Under the pieces are notes generated by a model. That model worked only from the letters and a program-made list of their open reading frames with translations. It had not been told where the DNA came from and did not search any database. A DNA stretch of 64,000 nt from an uncultured delta proteobacterium (GTDB lineage: Bacteria; Desulfobacterota; WTBG01; CAIYCZ01; CAIRTM01), in contig CAWDSQ010000026.1 in assembly GCA_963804955.1 (NCBI GenBank), positions 128,001 to 192,000 of the forward strand. The letters run 5' to 3'. Shown here piece after piece: positions 53,433-63,235 of the stretch. Each line of letters opens with the position of its first letter. The first letter of the stretch is position 1. The translations under genes were made by a program, and so were the position numbers.

Positions 53433-53676
53433 CGCGGGGGCAAAGCCTCCACTGAGCTTCGCCGGCCGGTGCAACCACAGTTTCACCCTGGAGAAAAACT
53501 TGTCGGCGCGGTACCAGGTTAAAAAAAGTTAAGCTGAGCCTTTTGAATACTGCAGCATAAGGGCGAACCCAACAAATGGATGGTTCAGGATTTTCGTTCG
53601 GCCACTATTTAGTACAGTTTCCTTTTTGTTGTAGCAAATAGTAGCATTCTCATTATTGATCAAATTTAAAAAAATT

Positions 53677-53754
53677 CGTCACCCCGGTGAAAACCGGGGT
53701 CCAGAAAACCCCTGATTCTGAAAAACCTGGATGCCGGCTTTCGCCGGCATGACG
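53677..53754. repeat. GTCA...TGAC-bounded palindromic element
   Basis: cgtcaccccggtgaaaaccggggtccag ... ctggatgccggctttcgccggcatgacg. Confidence 0.65.
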
Positions 53755-53833
53755 ATAACGAAGGATTGTCGGGCTTTTTATGTCCCCTATTTTTGTGGCT
53801 ACAGTAAAAAGAAAAATGCTCTAGAGAAAATAT

Positions 53834-55249
53834 ATGGCAGCCATTCTTATTATTGAAGACGACAAAAAATATTGCGATTCGTTATCCGGCATCATACGGG
53901 GCATGGGTCATGAGGCCATCTGGGCCGACTCGCTTACACGCGGGTTGCAGGAATTGAGCTCGAGGAATTTTGATATTCTCTTCATGGAAGTGCAGATGCC
54001 CGACGGTAACGGGCTGGATGTGGTTGAAGAGATCCTTGAAACCCCGCTCCCCCCTGAAATCATTGTAATTACCGCTTTCAGAACTGCTGAAGACGCTAAA
54101 ATTGCAATTGAAAAAGGCGCCTGGTGTTACATGAAAAAGGAGTTTTCCAGGAATGAGATATCGCTGCTGATAATTAATATTCTTGAATACCGAAAAAAAA
54201 ACACCGGGGACCATACCGTTATCCATCTGGAGCATAAGCACTTTGAAGGCATTATCGGCAGCAGCCCATCCATCAAGTTCTGTAAATACCTGGTGGCCAG
54301 TGTTGCAAAAACCGATTCCAATGTGTTCATTACCGGTGAAACCGGCACGGGCAAAGAGCTTATTGCCTCTGCCATTCATAATCACAGCCAGCGCGCTCAA
54401 AATAATTTTGTGACGGTTGATTGTACGGCCCTCCCCGGTGAGCTTGTGGAGAGCATTCTGTTCGGATACGAAAAAGGATCTTTTACCGGAGCGGAAAAAT
54501 CACGCGACGGCCTTATCAAACAGGCCCATGGCGGGACGCTGTTTCTCGATGAGGTCGGAGAGCTTCCCCTGGCCATGCAAAGCTCGTTCCTGCGGGTTAT
54601 TCAGGAACACAGCTTTCGGCCCGTCGGGTATCAGAAAGAAATCCAGAGTGATTTCAGGCTCATCGTGGCTTCCAACCGCGACCTTGAAGATATGGTGCAT
54701 CAGGGACAGTTTCGGGATGATTTGCTTTTTCGCATCCGCTCCTTCACCATCGATATGCCCCCCTTGAGAAAACGCTCTCAGGATATCAAAGAACTTGCTG
54801 TATATTATACGTCCAAACTGTGCCGGCAGTATGGTATTGAAAAAAAGACGTTTGACCCCGAGTTCTTCCATGCCCTTGATGCATACATCTGGCCCGGTAA
54901 TGTCCGGGAATTAATACATGCTTTGGAAAATGCGCTTATTGCCGCACAGCATGAGCCCAGCCTTTTCCCTAAACACCTGCCGACCTATATTCGCATCTGG
55001 CTGGCGCGCACGTCACTGCGAACGGATGATAACACTGATAAGGCAGCCGCGGCACTTGAGGCTACCGGGCCATTTCTCAAGCTGAAGGATGTGCGCTCCA
55101 GTGCTCTGGCCCATACGGAAGAAAAATATTTAAATGACTTGATGCGCGTTGCAAACAGCGACATCGTGACTGCCTGCCGGCTATCAGGCCTATCCCGGAC
55201 CCGCCTCTATGTGCTTTTGAAAAAATACCGCATAGCAACCCATTTCTGA
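53834..55249 (+). CDS. NtrC-family sigma-54 activator with atypical receiver
   Basis: [40 protein letters not shown], Fis HTH. Confidence 0.93.
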   Translation: MAAILIIEDDKKYCDSLSGIIRGMGHEAIWADSLTRGLQELSSRNFDILFMEVQMPDGNGLDVVEEILETPLPPEIIVITAFRTAEDAKIAIEKGAWCYMKKEFSRNEISLLIINILEYRKKNTGDHTVIHLEHKHFEGIIGSSPSIKFCKYLVASVAKTDSNVFITGETGTGKELIASAIHNHSQRAQNNFVTVDCTALPGELVESILFGYEKGSFTGAEKSRDGLIKQAHGGTLFLDEVGELPLAMQSSFLRVIQEHSFRPVGYQKEIQSDFRLIVASNRDLEDMVHQGQFRDDLLFRIRSFTIDMPPLRKRSQDIKELAVYYTSKLCRQYGIEKKTFDPEFFHALDAYIWPGNVRELIHALENALIAAQHEPSLFPKHLPTYIRIWLARTSLRTDDNTDKAAAALEATGPFLKLKDVRSSALAHTEEKYLNDLMRVANSDIVTACRLSGLSRTRLYVLLKKYRIATHF

Positions 55250-55366
55250 TTCTTTCTGTCAGCATCCTTCCTTTTTTACCTGTACCGTTAAACAGGACAA
55301 ATCCCGTATGGCGGGACTCAGTCCCGCAGCACGGAACAGGTTTCCCTGTTCTGATACTTCTTCAGC

Positions 55367-55459
55367 GGAGTAAAAATGCGCTATCCACCTGAAATAACGA
55401 TTGCTCTTGCATGCACAATCATCATGGCCCGCTTTTTGTATTACTGTAGAAGTGAGGTG
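55367..55459 (+). promoter_or_regulatory. Duplicated promoter segment, copy 1, with sigma-54-like TGGCCCGCTTTTTGTA
   Basis: Similar to 55900-55996; GG at -24, GT in place of GC at -12. Confidence 0.55.
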
Positions 55460-55500
55460 ATGAATTAAATCTTTAAACCAGTACAGCAGGAATATAGAAT

Positions 55501-55926
55501 ATGAAAAAATCCGTATATGCACAGACGCGCGATAAGGCGCGCTTCGATGTTAACATCAAAGCCATGTATATCATCAGGGGCAGGGGAATGAAGCAGCAGG
55601 AATGCCGGATCACCAATCTGAGCACAAGCGGTGCGACCGTGCACTCCCAGCGAACTGAAAATTTTACGGAAGGAACTGTTATTATAATTGCTATTGCCAT
55701 TACAAACACCCTCATGCATATGCCTGCCGAGGCTGAAATCATGTGGATCAGGCAGTGCGCCAATGAATGTATAAGCGGCATCAGGTTCACGGCTATGCCC
55801 TGTGACATCATGATCCGGAAGCTCGTTAAAAAGACTTCGGAAATCTCTTGCGTTGCAGTAAAAAGCCGTAAGGTGAAATGTAGAACCGGAAAGCTTACCG
55901 AGCGTGAAAACGCGCTAACCGCCTGA
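55501..55926 (+). CDS. PilZ-domain protein
   Basis: RDKAR (RxxxR), NLSTSG (D/NxSxxG), W.R, GIRF. Confidence 0.8.
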   Translation: MKKSVYAQTRDKARFDVNIKAMYIIRGRGMKQQECRITNLSTSGATVHSQRTENFTEGTVIIIAIAITNTLMHMPAEAEIMWIRQCANECISGIRFTAMPCDIMIRKLVKKTSEISCVAVKSRKVKCRTGKLTERENALTA

Positions 55927-55996
55927 AGACAATAACGATGCCGCTGCAGGCAAAGCCATAATGGCCGGCTTTTTGTATCACTGTTGAAGTGAGGTG
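55900..55996 (+). promoter_or_regulatory. Duplicated promoter segment, copy 2, with sigma-54-like TGGCCGGCTTTTTGTA and RBS
   Basis: Similar to 55367-55459; GAGGTG precedes ATG 56001. Confidence 0.55.
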
Positions 55997-56000
55997 CTGC

Positions 56001-56399
56001 ATGAAATGTCTATTCTATGAAAAAAAACCCGGCATCATTGCGGAGCGGATTATCCGGCTGATGCAGCCTTCACCGGGAAAAAATATAATAGAGCTGTATC
56101 ACACCATCAAAACCCTGTCTCAAAGACTTTCCCGGCCCATAGACGGTCAGGCTATTATGATTCTTATAGCTGCCGACAGGGTAGATCTTTTGGATATCGT
56201 TTTGATGCACAAGCTGCTGCTTGACATTCGCGTCATCATCATACTTCCTGACCGGGAGGATGAGACTGTCAGTATAGGATACAAGCTGAAACCATGCTTT
56301 TTAACCTATGCGAACGCAAATTTAGACGAAGTGCATAAGGTCTTAGGAAAATTACTTAAATTTTCAGAATCAGGCCAGAGGATATCAGGAGAGTGCTAA
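56001..56399 (+). CDS. Hypothetical protein, possibly a degenerate receiver fold
   Basis: 132 aa with alternating beta/alpha pattern (CLFY, IMILIA, VIIILP, P.FL); first gene before kaiC. Confidence 0.65.
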   Translation: MKCLFYEKKPGIIAERIIRLMQPSPGKNIIELYHTIKTLSQRLSRPIDGQAIMILIAADRVDLLDIVLMHKLLLDIRVIIILPDREDETVSIGYKLKPCFLTYANANLDEVHKVLGKLLKFSESGQRISGEC

Positions 56400-56438
56400 T
56401 ATGGCGGAAATGAATAAAATTTTGTTTCATTACTTCAA

Positions 56439-58215
56439 ATGCAGAGAAAGAAACAGGACATGACGATGGGTAAGGTTAAACAGGGTGTTGCTGTTCTTGA
56501 AAAATGCCCGACGGGCATCAAGGGCCTCGATGAAATAACAAAGGGAGGTCTTCCGAAAGGCAGGCCAACACTGATGTGCGGCAGTGCGGGTTGCGGCAAA
56601 ACACTTTTTTCCATGGAGTTTCTCATGCGGGGCGCCATGGATTACGGAGAGCCCGGGGTCTTCATGACCTTCGAGGAAGCGCCGGAGGATCTTGCCAAAA
56701 ACTTCATATCCCTTGGTTTTGATCTCAATGATATGATCTCGCGCGGTCTTATCGCAACGGACCACGTCTACATCGAGCGCACCGAGATCGAGGAGACGGG
56801 TGAGTATGACCTTGAAGGATTGTTCATCCGCCTGGGCAATGCCATTGATTCCATCGGAGCCAAGCGGGTTGTCCTGGATACCATAGAAGCGCTTTTTTCC
56901 GGACTGTCTCATACCGCTATCATTCGGGCTGAGCTTCGCCGGCTTTTTAACTGGCTGAAAGAACGCGGCGTGACAGCCATCGTTACGGGTGAAAGCGGCG
57001 AAAAGCTCCTGACTCGCTACGGGCTTGAAGAATACGTGGCCGATTGCGTTATTTTTCTCGACTTTCGCATCGAGGAGCAAATTTCCACCCGCCGCCTGCG
57101 TATTGTCAAGTACCGCGGCTCAGCTCACGGCGCCGACGAATACCCATTCCTGATAGACGAACGCGGCATCTCCATCCTGCCGATCACGTCCCTGGGGCTC
57201 GACTACGCGGTTTCCACGAGAGCGCATCGCCACCGGCATTCCCAAGCTGGATGCAATGCTCGAAGGCAAGGGGTTCTACCGCGGCAGCACCATCCTTGTC
57301 TCCGGTACTGCGGGCACAGGTAAAACAAGTTTGTCGGCAACATTCGCCGACGCCACCTGCCGGCGGGGTGAGCGCTGCCTGTATTTCGCCTTCGAGGAAT
57401 CCCCCAGCCAGATCATCCGCAACATGGGCTCTATCGGCATCGATCTCGGGAAATGGGTGAAGAAGGGTCTACTCAAGTTTCATTCAGCCCGGCCGTCGCT
57501 CTACGGCCTTGAGATGCATCTGGTCACCTTTCACAAAGTTATCGATGAATTTGATCCACGGGTTTTTATCATAGACCCGATCAGCAACCTGAGCGCCGCA
57601 GGTACTGCGACTGAAGTCAAATCAATATTAACGCGCCTGATCGACCATTTGAAGATGAAAAAAATCACCACATTCCTTACGGACCTCACTCATTTTAGCG
57701 GCAGTCTCGAACGCACCAGCGAAGAGATATCGTCGCTCATCGATACATGGCTTCTCCTGCGGGATATCGAACGCAGCGGTGAGCGCAACCGGGGCCTCTA
57801 TATTTTAAAATCACGCGGCATGGACCACTCCAACCAGATTCAGGAGTTCCTGCTCACCAACCGGGGTATTGACCTCATCGACATCTATACCGGGTCCGGC
57901 GAAGTCTTAACCGGCAGCGCCCGTGCAGCCCAGGAAGCCGGGGAAAAGGCCGGTGAGATGGCATGTCGGCGTGAGTCAGAACGCAGGCTCCGCGAGCAGG
58001 AACGCAAGAGGAATGCGCTGGAAACAAAAATCGCGGCACTGCGAGCCGAGTTCGATGTGGAAACCGAAGAGGTGCATTTGATGGCGGAAGAAGAACACAT
58101 ACGGCAAGCTGTCCTGGCGGATGGCCGTTTGGCAATGGCGCATCTTCGTAAGGGGAACCCAGCAGCTCCACTGGCAAAGCGCTCGAAAAAAAAGAAGGAA
58201 AGGATGGCAGGATGA
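56439..58215 (+). CDS. kaiC: Double-domain KaiC (frameshift near 57220)
   Basis: [58 protein letters not shown]-terminal coiled coil. Confidence 0.95.
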
Positions 58216-58571
58216 AAGCTGTTTCACAAGAAAAGAGAAAGAAAAAAACGGCCGATGCGGCACAAAAAATCTGGAACCTCCGGTTATATGTAGCCGGCCA
58301 AACCCAGAAATCAATTACGGCCTTTGCAAATTTAAATAAGATCTGCGAAGAATATCTTGCGGGCAGCTACAGCATTGAAGTGATAGACCTGATACAAAAT
58401 CCCCGGCTTGCCAAAGGTGACCAGATTATTGCCATACCGACACTGGTAAGGAAGCTTCCTGAGCCGATTAAAAAAATTATCGGAGATTTGGCGAACACAG
58501 AGCGCGTGCTGGTGGGACTCGACATTCGTTCTGAGTCCGGGGGGGGGGGGGGACAAAGTGAGACATCCTGA
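58212..58571 (+). CDS. kaiB: KaiB
   Basis: [18 protein letters not shown]...I.A.PTL.R.LP.P..KIIGDL. Confidence 0.95.
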   Translation: MKAVSQEKRKKKTADAAQKIWNLRLYVAGQTQKSITAFANLNKICEEYLAGSYSIEVIDLIQNPRLAKGDQIIAIPTLVRKLPEPIKKIIGDLANTERVLVGLDIRSESGGGGGQSETS

Positions 58572-58574
58572 ATT

Positions 58575-58937
58575 GTGCCTGCTGAGGAAATCAAAAAAAT
58601 GAAAACGAGCACTAAGGAGTTTGCACAGGCGGCAGCAATGCAGGACCGCGCACAGTACGTTCTTCGGCTGTATGTTACGGGAATGACCCCAAAGTCAACC
58701 CTGGCAATCGCCAATGTCAAGGAACTCTGCAAAAAACACCTGGAAGGCCGCTACGAACTCAGGGTGATAGACATCTATCAGCAGCCGGAGATGGCCAAGG
58801 CAGAGCAGATTATCGCCACCCCGACACTCATCAAGGAGCTCCCCCTGCCGCTTCGGAAGGTTATCGGCGACATGCTGGATACGGAAAAGTTTCTTGTAGG
58901 CATCGATCTGAAACCAAAAATTCATAAGCCGGATTAA
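58575..58937 (+). CDS. kaiB: KaiB, second paralogue
   Basis: [39 protein letters not shown]. Confidence 0.94.
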   Translation: MPAEEIKKMKTSTKEFAQAAAMQDRAQYVLRLYVTGMTPKSTLAIANVKELCKKHLEGRYELRVIDIYQQPEMAKAEQIIATPTLIKELPLPLRKVIGDMLDTEKFLVGIDLKPKIHKPD

Positions 58938-58942
58938 AAAAA

Positions 58943-61651
58943 ATGAACGGATCGCATAAAACACGCCAGCAGCTTTTGATTGAGGGGCAGGAACTCTCGT
59001 CGCGAATGATAGAAGCCGAGGAAACTCTGCGCGCTATCCTGGGCGGTGAGGTGGATGGCCTGGTTGTCTCAACGGCGGAGGGCGACCGAATTTTTACGCT
59101 ATCGGGCGCTGATCTCCCCTACCGGATCATGGTCGAGACCATGAACGAAGGGGCCGTCACCATAACCTCAGACGGTACGGTCTTTTTCTGCAACCAGCGT
59201 TTTGCGGATATAGTCGCAAAACCTCTGGAAACGGTACAGGGATCTTCAATCTACCAGTACATTTCATCAGGAGACCTTCAAGCATTTGAGGCATTGCTTG
59301 AGCAGGGATTAAAGAGCAACAGCAGGATGGAACTGGCCTTACAGACCGGAGGTGAGAGGGATGCGCCTGTATTGGTCTCCCTCAGCGCCCTTCAGCAAGC
59401 GGATCTGACCGGCGCATTGTGCATGGTGGTTACCGACCTGACGGAACAAAAGCGCAATGAAAAGCTGCTGGCAGAGGAAAAACTGACGACTCAAATTCTC
59501 AAGCAAGTTGAGGAAATATTTGTTCTCTGCGACAACCAGGGCCGTATCATCCGCACAAGTACGTCAACCGACAGGCGCTTAGGCAGAAGCCCAATCTTTC
59601 AGGAATTTGACGAGGCATTTCACCTCCTCTATCCTGACGGGAATCCCTTTGTCCTTCTATCAGCAATGAATGGCGCGTTCCTCCACGGCCTTGAGGTATG
59701 TTTCCATCAAGGGAAAGACAGTTGTATCACCTTTCTCTTGAGCGCAACCCCTGTTAGCAGTTCTCAGGGTATCATCGGCATTGTTGTCGTACTGGTGGAC
59801 ATCACCGAACGCACGAAGGCGGAGGCAAAAATTGCGCATCTTGCTTCATTCCCTCAGCTAAATCCAAATCCGGTCATCGAGACAGATATGGAGAAACGGG
59901 TCATTTTCTCCAACGATGCGGCCATGAGGTTTTTGAGGAAGTCAAACATCCCGGAAGATGTCAATCTCTTTCTCCCGCGTGATCTGAACGAAATAATAAA
60001 GGAACTGCAACAGGGAAACACGGGGCAATACGTACTCCGCGAAGTGGCAATAAACGGCAGTATTTTTATCGAGACCATCATTCTCCCCGCCAATATGGAA
60101 ATCGTGCGTATCTACGCGCAAAACATCAGCGAGCGGAAGAAGATGGAGGTGCAATTATTCGAAACAAATCAGCGTCTTCAGGCGCTCATGGACGCCCTAC
60201 CAGTGGGAGTCAGCTTTTCTGATGGCTCAGACTGCCAAAGGATTACAGGGAACCCAAATGTGCTGAAACAGTTCGAGGTAAATCCGGAAGATAACCTGTC
60301 AGCCTCTGCGCCAGACACTCGTGCGCCAGGCAGGCAGATCCGCTTCTTCATGGAAGGGCGGGAGATACGTGACACCGAGCTTCCTTTGCAACGGGCCGTC
60401 GCCGAGAACCGGAATATTCCACCGATGGAGCTTGAGGTAGCACTTCCAAGCGGGCGGCGCTGGTTTGCGATGGCTTCCGGTTCGCCTATACGTGACAAAG
60501 AGGGCAACGCCATCAGCGGCATTGCCGTGACGGTGGACATTACCGAGCGTAAGAATATAGAGCTGGCGCTGCAAAAAGCCCATGACACGCTCGAGCATAA
60601 GGTGACGGAGCGCACGGCTGAACTTCGGACGGCCCTTTCTGCAGTCAGCCTGTTAAAAGACCAGATCGAGGCCGAGAATATTTACTTCCGTCAAGAGCAC
60701 AAAATGAAAAATCAATTTGAGAATATTCTCGGGCAAAGTGATGGTCTCAAATATGTTCTCTTTCGGGCTGAACAGGTTGCTCCCTCGAACACAACGGTCC
60801 TCATCCTTGGTGAGACCGGGACAGGAAAAGAGTTGATCGCTGCCGCCATCCATAACATGAGCCCCCGTAAGGAACGGCCCCTGTTCACGGTCAACTGCGC
60901 CGCCCTGCCGGGCAATTTAATTGAGAGCGAACTGTTCGGCCGGGAGAAAGGCGCCTTTACCGGGGCCGATAGCCGGCGCATAGGCCGATTCGAGGTAGCC
61001 CATGGTTCAACCCTGTGCCTGGACGAAATCGGGGAGCTGCCGCTGGAGCTGCAGGGCAAGCTGCTTCGGGTGATTCAGCATAACGAGTTTGAGCGCCTGG
61101 GCTCGTCCCAGACTATCAAAGTCGATGTGCGGCTGGTGGCAACGACCAATCGAAACCTTGAGGAAGAGGTTCGCAAGGGCCGGTTTCGACAGGACCTTTT
61201 CTATCGGCTCAATGTCTTCCCCATCACTGTCCCGCCGCTCCGGCAGCGCAAAGATGACATACCGCTGATGGTTCAGGTGTTCACCGAACGATACTCCCGG
61301 AAATTGGGCAAACAGATAACGACTATCCATAAGCAGACGATGAAGACGCTGCAGGAGTATCCGTGGCCCGGCAATGTCCGTGAGCTGGAAAGCATCATTG
61401 AACGGGCTGTAATCTTATGCCCCGGGCCGGTCTTACACCTGGCGGATAAACTTGAGATTTCAACTCCCGTGATTTCATCCGCTGTGGAAACCCTTGAAGA
61501 AACCGAGCGGAACCAGATTCTTAAAATCCTTTCAGAAAACAAATGGCATATCGAGGGCAAGAACGGGTCCGCTGTGATCCTGGGTCTTCACCCGAGCACC
61601 TTGAGAGCCAGAATGCATAAGCTCGGAATAATCCGGCCGGAAACAAAATAA
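58943..61651 (+). CDS. Multi-PAS sigma-54-dependent activator (FhlA-like AAA+/HTH)
   Basis: EAEETL.AI..GEVD N-terminus, several PAS/PAC (DITERK), [44 protein letters not shown]. Confidence 0.94.
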   Translation: MNGSHKTRQQLLIEGQELSSRMIEAEETLRAILGGEVDGLVVSTAEGDRIFTLSGADLPYRIMVETMNEGAVTITSDGTVFFCNQRFADIVAKPLETVQGSSIYQYISSGDLQAFEALLEQGLKSNSRMELALQTGGERDAPVLVSLSALQQADLTGALCMVVTDLTEQKRNEKLLAEEKLTTQILKQVEEIFVLCDNQGRIIRTSTSTDRRLGRSPIFQEFDEAFHLLYPDGNPFVLLSAMNGAFLHGLEVCFHQGKDSCITFLLSATPVSSSQGIIGIVVVLVDITERTKAEAKIAHLASFPQLNPNPVIETDMEKRVIFSNDAAMRFLRKSNIPEDVNLFLPRDLNEIIKELQQGNTGQYVLREVAINGSIFIETIILPANMEIVRIYAQNISERKKMEVQLFETNQRLQALMDALPVGVSFSDGSDCQRITGNPNVLKQFEVNPEDNLSASAPDTRAPGRQIRFFMEGREIRDTELPLQRAVAENRNIPPMELEVALPSGRRWFAMASGSPIRDKEGNAISGIAVTVDITERKNIELALQKAHDTLEHKVTERTAELRTALSAVSLLKDQIEAENIYFRQEHKMKNQFENILGQSDGLKYVLFRAEQVAPSNTTVLILGETGTGKELIAAAIHNMSPRKERPLFTVNCAALPGNLIESELFGREKGAFTGADSRRIGRFEVAHGSTLCLDEIGELPLELQGKLLRVIQHNEFERLGSSQTIKVDVRLVATTNRNLEEEVRKGRFRQDLFYRLNVFPITVPPLRQRKDDIPLMVQVFTERYSRKLGKQITTIHKQTMKTLQEYPWPGNVRELESIIERAVILCPGPVLHLADKLEISTPVISSAVETLEETERNQILKILSENKWHIEGKNGSAVILGLHPSTLRARMHKLGIIRPETK

Positions 61652-61714
61652 GCACAACCAACTCTCCATACCCCGCAAAACCTCATAACCGCTGCTTTAT
61701 GGTTCATCCTCCTC

Positions 61715-61748
61715 CCTCAATATGCTGAGGCTCCACCAGATACTGAGG
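61715..61748 (+). promoter_or_regulatory. Tandem 16-bp putative enhancer (UAS) pair
   Basis: cctcaatatgctgagg-ct-ccaccagatactgagg, about 100 bp upstream of a sigma-54 promoter. Confidence 0.65.
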
Positions 61749-61847
61749 ACAAAAGAATCATTTCATACTTCTGTGTTGTGCTCTCCTGTTCATCCAACCC
61801 ATTGTTTTTAAATCATTAATCATAACTTCCGGCTCTCCTTCGGCTGT

Positions 61848-61863
61848 TGGCAGAGTATGTGCA
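61848..61863 (+). promoter_or_regulatory. Sigma-54 -24/-12 promoter
   Basis: TGGCAGAGTATGTGCA, GG-N10-GC. Confidence 0.7.
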
Positions 61864-61912
61864 AGTATCTTTCCCAATACACTTGAATAATTCAAGACGA
61901 AGGGAATCCAGT

Positions 61913-63010
61913 ATGTTTAAACACACACATTCGCCCGGTTCGGGTTCAGATGCGAATTTCTTCGGGTGGCAGGAAAAATCGTCGGGGGAAATTTTTCCAC
62001 TCTTCAATATTACTATTGCAGATCATCCATACTATCAGTCTACGGTGAGCGCTGAGACCTTGCGCAGGCTGCACCTGCGGGTTCCTCAAGCCCTCTCTCC
62101 CTATTCTGATACAGCACCATCCCCGTGGCATAATCTGGGAATCGAGTTGAATCATCCTAAGACCGCACGAGAGGCGATTGAAATGGCTGGATTGGATTTC
62201 ACCGTCATGAAAAAGCCGAGAGAGCTGAAAACAGGCTTGCAGCAGGCTGCGTTTGCAACAGTGCGAACGGACACCGATGCTGTTCTGGGCTTCGTCAACG
62301 AGAGGTATGAACCCGTTCAGAACATTGATGCTTTCACATTCTTCGACACCCTGGTTGCTGAAGGTAAGGCGGCATACGAAACGGCCGGCGTTTTTGGTAA
62401 AGGTGAACGTATCTGGATCCTGGCGAGACTTCCGGACTACATCAGGGTTCATGGCAACGACATCGTCAACAAATATCTCCTGCTCACCAATAGCCATGAC
62501 GGCAGCCCGCCTGTTCGCGTGATCCTGACTCCCATCCGTGTCGTCTGCAATAATACGTTGACTGCTGCATTACAGGGAGCGGGAGAAGTGCGCATCCATC
62601 ATATACCAAACACCGTATGGGATTTGGAACAAACCGCCGCACTGCTCGGCTTGTCAAAGATATTATACGAACAGCTCGACGTTCTGTTCAACGATATGGC
62701 GGCCAGGAAAATCACACACAAGCAACTGCGGGAGTATGTGCGGGCACTGGTTCCGGATAACCAGGAGGCTGAGAATACCGCAAGAACCGGGAAGATCCGG
62801 AACAGTGTGCTTCAGCTGCATGACTCCGGCCGGGGCGCACAACTGTCCCGAGGGACAGTGTGGGGCGCTTTTAACAGCGTTGCCGAATACACGGACCACA
62901 TGATGCTGGGTGAAGATTCCAGCACGCGATTGAATTCAATCTGGTTTGGTCGCGGAGAGCAACTGAAATTAAAGGCTTTCCGTTTGGCACAGCTCATGAT
63001 GGGGGTCTGA
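61913..63010 (+). CDS. DUF932 (phage/plasmid-like TIGR03299) protein with N-terminal extension
   Basis: PWH.LG, AGLD, R.DT..LG.V..Y..VQN..AF.F.D, ETAG, NSHDGS, TPIRVVCNNTL, GT.WG.FN.V.EY.DH. Confidence 0.88.
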   Translation: MFKHTHSPGSGSDANFFGWQEKSSGEIFPLFNITIADHPYYQSTVSAETLRRLHLRVPQALSPYSDTAPSPWHNLGIELNHPKTAREAIEMAGLDFTVMKKPRELKTGLQQAAFATVRTDTDAVLGFVNERYEPVQNIDAFTFFDTLVAEGKAAYETAGVFGKGERIWILARLPDYIRVHGNDIVNKYLLLTNSHDGSPPVRVILTPIRVVCNNTLTAALQGAGEVRIHHIPNTVWDLEQTAALLGLSKILYEQLDVLFNDMAARKITHKQLREYVRALVPDNQEAENTARTGKIRNSVLQLHDSGRGAQLSRGTVWGAFNSVAEYTDHMMLGEDSSTRLNSIWFGRGEQLKLKAFRLAQLMMGV

Positions 63011-63077
63011 ATCCGCGATGCAAGCGATCAAAGAACCAATAGTTCCGAGGGAGGCCCATGACACTGATACTGAAATT

Positions 63078-63111
63078 CCGCGCCATCTTGAGGGTCCACC
63101 AAATATTGAGG
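63078..63111 (+). promoter_or_regulatory. Tandem 16-bp putative enhancer (UAS) pair
   Basis: ccgcgccatcttgagg-gt-ccaccaaatattgagg, 97 bp upstream of a sigma-54 promoter. Confidence 0.6.
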
Positions 63112-63207
63112 CCTTCAGTACCGGTTCTCATTTCAATGCAGTACACTTTGAGCAACCAAGCCCCAGTAATAACATGACAATTTTAAAAATATATTTTTCC
63201 TCGCAGT

Positions 63208-63223
63208 TGGCAGCACCTTTGCA
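63208..63223 (+). promoter_or_regulatory. Sigma-54 -24/-12 promoter
   Basis: TGGCAGCACCTTTGCA, near consensus. Confidence 0.75.
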
Positions 63224-63235
63224 ATAGGTATAAGC

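Noticed and set aside
57200..57260. Programmed frameshift or natural split of kaiC at the CI-CII linker
   Set aside because: Removing one base restores [14 protein letters not shown]; no slippery site; similar indels occur in mnmG and mutS2
61847..61912. TTG start for DUF932 at 61847
   Set aside because: Overlaps the sigma-54 promoter; ATG 61913 has an RBS
61913..63010. Prophage or plasmid integration marked by DUF932
   Set aside because: No integrase, att site, replication or structural genes in the window
63018..63227. 69-aa ORF
   Set aside because: Coincides with the enhancer and promoter region; no motifs
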